A program made the translations under genes and the position numbers. From Candidatus Electronema aureum (GTDB taxonomy: Bacteria; Desulfobacterota; Desulfobulbia; Desulfobulbales; Desulfobulbaceae), in the NCBI GenBank assembly GCA_004284765.1, contig NQJD01000016.1:1-32000 (forward strand): a stretch of DNA of 32,000 nucleotides, in the 5' to 3' direction. This document shows, piece by piece, positions 27,056 to 32,000 of the stretch. Position 1 is the first letter of the stretch, and each line of letters begins with the position of its first letter. The notes under the pieces were generated by a model. The model searched no databases and was not told the DNA's origin. It saw only the letters and a list, made by a program, of their open reading frames with translations.

Positions 27056-27568
27056 ATGAGACCTTGGAATCTCTTGGCTCTATTCGTAGTTTCAGTTGCT
27101 CTGCTTACAGGTGGTTGCTCTTCAAAAAAGACCAAACCTGCGCCACAGCCCAAGCCATCAGCTGTCTCTGCTGTTAAGGCCAATACGGAGTTGAAGAGCA
27201 CCAGCGAGGAGCTAAAGGGTACTTCGTGGAAAGTGAGCCGCTACAACGACGGACAGGGCGGCATGACCGATGTTATCGTTGGTAAAGGTCGGACACTGAC
27301 TGCATTATTCGGCTACAGCAAGCGATTCAGCGGTTCAGCGGGCTGCAATAATTATGTAGCTCATTATACCTATTCTCCTACTGAAAAAACCTTCAGCTTT
27401 GAAATGATCTCGATGACTACCAAACAGTGCGAAACAGATGTAATCATGGAACAAGAAGGCCAGTTCATGGCCGCGTTATATACAGCAGTTTCTTTCCGTA
27501 TTATAGGAAATACTCTGACTTTGAATGATGATAGTGGCAATCCAGCTGTAATCTTGACCAAAAATTGA
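27056..27568 (+). CDS. META-domain (HslJ-like) lipoprotein
   Basis: 170 aa. It has the lipobox LLTGGC, and the META signatures LKGTSWKV and FSGSAGCNNYVAHY. Confidence 0.8.
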   Translation: MRPWNLLALFVVSVALLTGGCSSKKTKPAPQPKPSAVSAVKANTELKSTSEELKGTSWKVSRYNDGQGGMTDVIVGKGRTLTALFGYSKRFSGSAGCNNYVAHYTYSPTEKTFSFEMISMTTKQCETDVIMEQEGQFMAALYTAVSFRIIGNTLTLNDDSGNPAVILTKN

Positions 27569-27569
27569 T

Positions 27570-27593
27570 CTTCGCAGGCAAGCGAAGTTTTTT
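27570..27593 (+). terminator. Rho-independent terminator
   Basis: CTTCGC-aggcaa-GCGAAG followed by TTTTTT. Confidence 0.6.
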
Positions 27594-27622
27594 ATTAATA
27601 AAAACCCAAATAGGAGAACAAA

Positions 27623-28378
27623 ATGAAAGTACAACACGTTGTTGCAGCAATGATGATGTTTGCTACGTTGGTTCTATCGGCAGGATTTGCGCCAGCAGCT
27701 TCATTGAACGGTACCAGCTGGCTTCTGAAAACACTGAATGGGCAGCCGCTTAAATCAAACCTCCAGCTAACGCTGAATATTGAGAACGGCAAAGCATTTG
27801 GTGATGCCGGTTGCAATAATTACTCCGGTAAGTACACAGAGGGAGGCGGAAACTCGTTACATATTGAGAAAATATACAGAACCTTAGTGATGTGTACGCC
27901 GGATCAAATCATGACACAAGAGTCGCAGTTTGTCAGCGCATTAAAGGATGCTACCATATATCACCTTGTTGGAAAAATGATGACACTGAAGAATAAGAAT
28001 GGTGTGTCTTTGGCTGTCTTTAATTCTCAGAGCCAAGTGATCAAGGGCACGTCATGGAAGGTAGGATCAATTGAAGGAAGTAATGTCATTGATGGCTCAA
28101 AGTTAACTGCAACCTTCGGCACTAACGGTACAGTTAATGGATCGGCAGGCTGTAACAGCTACTCTGGCTCTTACACTTCGTCGATTTCTGGCAAAAAAAT
28201 TAACATTAACAAACTCGGATTAACGAGGATGAGCTGTCATAAACCGGTGGGTGTAATGATGCAGGAAAATAAATTTGTTGAAATGATGGAAGCAGCAAAG
28301 ACCTACCGGATTGAAGCCGATAGATTGACAATAAGCAAGGCTGATGGATCGAGAGCTGTCGTCTTGTACAAGAAGTGA
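27623..28378 (+). CDS. Exported protein with two META domains
   Basis: 251 aa with a signal peptide. Two copies of the LxGTSW...G(D/S)AGCN(N/S)YSG(K/S)Y pattern. Confidence 0.8.
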   Translation: MKVQHVVAAMMMFATLVLSAGFAPAASLNGTSWLLKTLNGQPLKSNLQLTLNIENGKAFGDAGCNNYSGKYTEGGGNSLHIEKIYRTLVMCTPDQIMTQESQFVSALKDATIYHLVGKMMTLKNKNGVSLAVFNSQSQVIKGTSWKVGSIEGSNVIDGSKLTATFGTNGTVNGSAGCNSYSGSYTSSISGKKININKLGLTRMSCHKPVGVMMQENKFVEMMEAAKTYRIEADRLTISKADGSRAVVLYKK

Positions 28379-28402
28379 TCTGAATATCAACGCAATAGTT
28401 CT

Positions 28403-28433
28403 TCGGCCCGGAACCAGCATTCCGGGCCGATTT
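28403..28433. terminator. Hairpin terminator between convergent genes
   Basis: TCGGCCCGGAA-ccagca-TTCCGGGCCGA (11-bp perfect stem) followed by ttt. Confidence 0.65.
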
Positions 28434-28453
28434 GCTTCACATGGTGCAGAAAA

Positions 28454-29629
28454 TCACTCCAGCTTATACCCGCATTTCAGCGTGGCATGGAACGTACAGC
28501 TCTGCTTGGGGTCCCACGAGGGGCCTCTTTCATTTTCACTGGCGATGTTGTACAGCTCTACATCTTTGATCACCGCTTTGAGACCAGATTTTTGTTTATT
28601 CTTCTTTTCCGCCCAAGCTTCGCATCGTTCCCAAGCCTGATTATTGATCCGCGATGTTCCGCAGTTCGTAACACCACTTCCTTGAATAGAAAATAATTTT
28701 GACCAGCGCATTCCATCGCTGTCCACAAATTCCTTTTCAATAGGTGCTGTTTTCTTTTTTGTTTCCGCTTTGGCTGATTCATCCAAAGTGTATCGACATT
28801 TTATACCAGCATGAAAAGAACATCCTGCGGTAGAATCTGCCGGATTTTTATTCTCAGTCGCAATATTGTACAGTTCAACACCCTTGATCACCGGTTTTCC
28901 TGAAAGCCCTTTTTTCTTTTTCGCCCAATTGTTGCATGTTTTCAACGCCTCAGTGGTAATGCGGGGGATTTCGCAGTTGGAAGTAGTGTCACCTGTGCCT
29001 TTGATAGAAATTAGCCCAGAACGCTTAAACGTACTTCCTGTGGCTCCAACAGAGAAAACGGTACCTTCTTTCGCTTTGTCGTTCTGCTCAACAGGATTGG
29101 CATCAGTATTTTTCGGCAGAGACGGAGCAGCTATAACCACCGTCTGTATTGCAGCAGCAGCTTTTCCGGTAGGTTTGGCAGAGGAAACAAGTTTTTCTCC
29201 TGCGCCTTTGTCCTCACATTTTCCTAATAGAACTTCATCGTCTTTAACAGGCGTGCCACAGCCTACTGCATCCGTTTCTTTTGGCTTCAATAACCCAGTC
29301 AGCTTGAGTTTTACGCCTTTCTCTGCACTGTAACCGCATTTTACATTAGCATGAAAAGTGCAGTTTAACTTTGGATCCCAATAAGTTCCTTTTTCATTTT
29401 CAGTCGCAACATTATATAGTTCTATATCCTTAATAACAATTCCTTTGTTTTGCTTTGCAAAAGATTCACATTGATCCCAAGCCTCGTTGGTTATACGCGT
29501 TTTGCCGCAGTTGGTTGCGCCTGCGCCTTTAATATAGATCACATCTGACCATTTTAGTTCTTCGCTGAAGCCCTTTAGTGGAAAAATAAAATTCACCAAA
29601 AAACATGCTGCAATCATTATCTTCTTCAT
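28454..29629 (-). CDS. Exported protein with three copies of an unrecognised ~85-aa four-cysteine repeat
   Basis: 391 aa. Signal peptide: MKKIMIAACFLVNFIFPLKGFS. Repeat signature: W(S)xxxxI(K/Q)G(A/S/T)GxTNCGxxRIxNxAWxxCExxAxK...IKD(I/V)ELYN(V/I)AxENExGxxWDPKxxCTFHAxxKCGY. Copies lie at roughly aa 26-112, 205-292 and 306-391. Confidence 0.75.
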   Translation of the reverse strand: MKKIMIAACFLVNFIFPLKGFSEELKWSDVIYIKGAGATNCGKTRITNEAWDQCESFAKQNKGIVIKDIELYNVATENEKGTYWDPKLNCTFHANVKCGYSAEKGVKLKLTGLLKPKETDAVGCGTPVKDDEVLLGKCEDKGAGEKLVSSAKPTGKAAAAIQTVVIAAPSLPKNTDANPVEQNDKAKEGTVFSVGATGSTFKRSGLISIKGTGDTTSNCEIPRITTEALKTCNNWAKKKKGLSGKPVIKGVELYNIATENKNPADSTAGCSFHAGIKCRYTLDESAKAETKKKTAPIEKEFVDSDGMRWSKLFSIQGSGVTNCGTSRINNQAWERCEAWAEKKNKQKSGLKAVIKDVELYNIASENERGPSWDPKQSCTFHATLKCGYKLE

Positions 29630-29690
29630 CGTCCTCTCCCGGCTTGGTGTTGCAGTAGTTCGTCGATAACGTCACAATAGATATATTCCC

Positions 29691-29719
29691 ATTATAAACA
29701 GGAAGGTATTACCGGTCAA
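29691..29719 (-). promoter_or_regulatory. Near-consensus sigma70 promoter for the triple-repeat gene
   Basis: Minus strand: TTGACC (29719-29714), a 17-nt spacer, then TATAAT (29696-29691), about 60 nt upstream of the ATG at 29629. Confidence 0.55.
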
Positions 29720-29782
29720 ATCTTTTTCCGCAAGGTATTAGCAAGATGCGTGAAAGTAGGCGTTTTTTTCTACCGTCTGCTT

Positions 29783-30709
29783 TCAAGCGCCAGCCATCAG
29801 CTCGGTGCTGAGATACCGCTCGCCAGTGTCGGGCAGCAGCACCACAATCCGCTTACCTCTACTCTCAGGCCGCGCCGCGATCTTTTGGGTCGCAACTGCT
29901 GCCGCACCGGAGGAAATACCACAAAGAATGCCTTCCAACTGGGCCAAGCTGCGCGCCGCTGTCATTGCTTCTTCGTTACTCACCTGTACTACTTCGTCAA
30001 TCAACTGCTGATCCAAAATCTTCGGAATAAAACCCGCCCCAATGCCCTGAATTTTGTGCGGGCCGGGCTGACCGCCAGACAGCACCGGCGAGGCGGATGG
30101 CTCCACCGCAATCACCCGCACAGCAGGATTTTGCTCTTTGAGGAAGCGGCCCGTACCGGTAATCGTGCCGCCAGTACCCACGCCAGCGACAAAAATATCA
30201 ACCGTACCATCAGTTTGCCGCCAAATTTCCGGCCCGGTGGTGCGGTAGTGCATAGCTGGGTTGGCTGGGTTCTCAAACTGATTGGGCATCCAAGCGGATT
30301 CGTGTTCGTGCAGCAGTTCTTGAGCGCGGGCGATGGCCCCTTTCATGCCTGCCGCTCCGGGCGTGAGTACCAATTCTGCGCCGAGATACGCCAATAGCTT
30401 GCGCCGCTCGATGCTCATAGTTTCGGGCATGGCCAGAATCAGCCGATAACCCCGATGAGCGCAGACAAAAGCGAGACCGATGCCGGTGTTGCCGGAAGTT
30501 GGCTCGATGATCACTGTCTTGGGCGAAAGTAGATTTGCTGCTTCAGCGGCTTCGATCATCGCTACAGCGATGCGATCTTTGACGCTGCCGAGGGGATTAG
30601 CCGACTCTAATTTGACCACGATCTCTGCCCCGCAATCCGCACCGAAGCGGTTGAGGCGCACCAACGGCGTATTGCCCACGCTGTTCGCTAAATCCTTAAA
30701 TATTTCCAT
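29783..30709 (-). CDS. cysK: Cysteine synthase A (O-acetylserine sulfhydrylase)
   Basis: 308 aa. Motifs: GNTPLVRL, the PLP-lysine motif NPLGSVKDR, and the TSGNTG loop. Confidence 0.92.
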   Translation of the reverse strand: MEIFKDLANSVGNTPLVRLNRFGADCGAEIVVKLESANPLGSVKDRIAVAMIEAAEAANLLSPKTVIIEPTSGNTGIGLAFVCAHRGYRLILAMPETMSIERRKLLAYLGAELVLTPGAAGMKGAIARAQELLHEHESAWMPNQFENPANPAMHYRTTGPEIWRQTDGTVDIFVAGVGTGGTITGTGRFLKEQNPAVRVIAVEPSASPVLSGGQPGPHKIQGIGAGFIPKILDQQLIDEVVQVSNEEAMTAARSLAQLEGILCGISSGAAAVATQKIAARPESRGKRIVVLLPDTGERYLSTELMAGA

Positions 30710-31697
30710 CGCCTTTTCCTCCTTTCTGCTTGGTTTCGCCGTCTTTGCCGATGTAGATTAGCTCCGGCTGTTTGAGCAGCACTTTGGTGTCTGGGCCGAT
30801 GCTCTTGGTCAGCCAGACATTACCGCCCACAATAGAACGCGCTCCGATCACAGTGTCGCCGCCGAGAATAGTGGCGTTGGCATAGATAATCGCATCATCT
30901 TCAATGGTCGGATGCCGCTTGGCATTCTTCAGCCGCTGTACTGCATCTTTGGGCAAGGACAGCGCACCAAGCGTTACGCCCTGATAAAGTCGCACCCGCC
31001 GACCAATGGTACAGGTAGCACCGATCACCACGCCCGCGCCGTGGTCAATAAAGAACGAATCGCCGATAACTGCGCCGGGATGAATATCAATCGCGGTGCG
31101 GTGGTAGGCGTATTCGCTCATGATGCGCGGCAGCAGCGGTACTTCCAGCTCGAAAAGCCGGTGGGCCAAACGATACACTAAGACAGCAAACATACCAGGA
31201 TAGCTGAAAATGATTTCATCGGCATTAGCCGCAGCTGGGTCACCTTCCAAAGCCGCGCTGATATCGGTCTCCAGTGTTTCGCGGATTTCTGGCAGCGAAC
31301 GGACAAAGGCAGCAGCTATCTGACTGCTGCGCTCGCCGCAGTGCGAACAGGAATGATTGCGACGAAAACATTCGTGGCGAAGGGCAGAGTTGACCTGTTG
31401 ACTCAGATTTTTGTGGAAGAGAGTCAGATTGTGTCCTATATGATAGCCCAAACTGGAACTGCTGGGGAGGGTTGAAGAGCTGAAATAACCGGGAAAGAGA
31501 ATGCGTTGGGCCTGTAAGATCAGATCAACGGTTTCCCGCCAAGAAGGTATCTCCACCGGCTCAATGTGACTTGACCATCGGCGCGAGGTGAAGCCTTCGG
31601 CTAATTGACTGACCACCGAAGGAATGAAATCAGCCTCCGATATGCACGGCAACCGCACTTCCGAGGCGCAGCTGCAAGGTTCTGTTGTTTTAGACAT
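30696..31697 (-). CDS. cysE: Serine O-acetyltransferase (long, EpsC-like form)
   Basis: 333 aa. Motifs: DPAA...EIIFSYPG...YRLAHRL, and the hexapeptide-repeat core [24 protein letters not shown]...[20 protein letters not shown]. It overlaps cysK by 14 nt. Confidence 0.88.
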   Translation of the reverse strand: MSKTTEPCSCASEVRLPCISEADFIPSVVSQLAEGFTSRRWSSHIEPVEIPSWRETVDLILQAQRILFPGYFSSSTLPSSSSLGYHIGHNLTLFHKNLSQQVNSALRHECFRRNHSCSHCGERSSQIAAAFVRSLPEIRETLETDISAALEGDPAAANADEIIFSYPGMFAVLVYRLAHRLFELEVPLLPRIMSEYAYHRTAIDIHPGAVIGDSFFIDHGAGVVIGATCTIGRRVRLYQGVTLGALSLPKDAVQRLKNAKRHPTIEDDAIIYANATILGGDTVIGARSIVGGNVWLTKSIGPDTKVLLKQPELIYIGKDGETKQKGGKGDGNI

Positions 31698-31733
31698 AAG
31701 GAAGACTCTGGGCAGCTTTTTAGGATTTATTTG

Positions 31734-32000
31734 TCACATCAGCAAAATAACGGCCAACCCAAGCACGGCACAGTATCCGGCAAACAAATAGAGTGAATGC
31801 TTGCTCAGATAAGCGATCAACCAGCGGATGGCAATATAACCAGAAATCATGGCGGTCAAGAAGCCAACCAACAATGGCGGCAAAAATTCGCTGATAGTAT
31901 GCAGTGCCAACAAATCTTTGACCGCCAGTACCCCAGCACCGACCATCACCGGCACTGACATGAGGAAGGAGAAGCGGGCCGCAGCGGGCCGGTCAAGATG
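31734..32000 (-). CDS. uppP: Undecaprenyl-diphosphatase, C-terminal part (5' end outside window)
   Basis: The frame is open to the window edge: ...HLDRPAAARFSFLMSVPVMVGAGVLAVKDLL...GYIAIRWLIAYL... matches the UppP/BacA C-terminal motif RxxAxRFSFLLSxP. Confidence 0.8.
   Translation of the reverse strand, partial: HLDRPAAARFSFLMSVPVMVGAGVLAVKDLLALHTISEFLPPLLVGFLTAMISGYIAIRWLIAYLSKHSLYLFAGYCAVLGLAVILLM

Noticed and set aside
29750-30397. 215-aa plus-strand ORF
   Set aside because: It lies entirely antisense to cysK, which has clear PLP motifs. Its product is Arg/Gly-rich with no RBS. It is a shadow ORF.

Overview
This 32-kb window comes from a diderm (Gram-negative) bacterium. By eye it is mid/high GC, with one clearly AT-rich insert.

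(1) Positions 1-6793 are a single minus-strand gene for a giant secreted adhesin-like protein of at least 2264 codons. It has no stop codon inside the window, so it is missing from the supplied ORF track; the plus-strand ORFs listed there are shadow frames. I reverse-complemented and translated it by hand. Its upstream region carries a near-consensus promoter, a G9/C9 homopolymer tract and a 36-bp perfect palindrome.

(2) Positions 7.1-13.3 kb hold a CDF metal exporter, two small membrane proteins, alr and argS. An AT-rich gene of about 1.4 kb for an HEPN-type (Rx4H) protein is wedged exactly between alr and argS. It is split by a frame change at an A-AAA-AAC heptamer.

(3) Positions 13.4-20.0 kb are a tetR-MFP-RND-OMF efflux operon on the minus strand.

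(4) Positions 20.2-24.6 kb are the most unusual part. It contains a protein with a His/Cys-rich tail fused to a transglutaminase/papain-like Cys-His domain, then a terminator. Next comes a translationally overlapping pair: a caspase-like (C14) protease and an uncharacterised partner that shares a repeated beta-sandwich-like module with it. A decayed UvrD-like helicase fragment and a 118-bp inverted-repeat element follow.

(5) Positions 24.6-29.6 kb encode a HAD hydrolase and five exported proteins: a two-OB-fold protein, an unknown protein, two META-domain proteins and a protein with a triple Cys4 repeat.

(6) Positions 29.8-32.0 kb carry cysK, cysE and the 3' part of uppP.

I saw no rRNA, tRNA, CRISPR array or transposase. 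All family assignments rest on motif recognition by eye; no searches were run.
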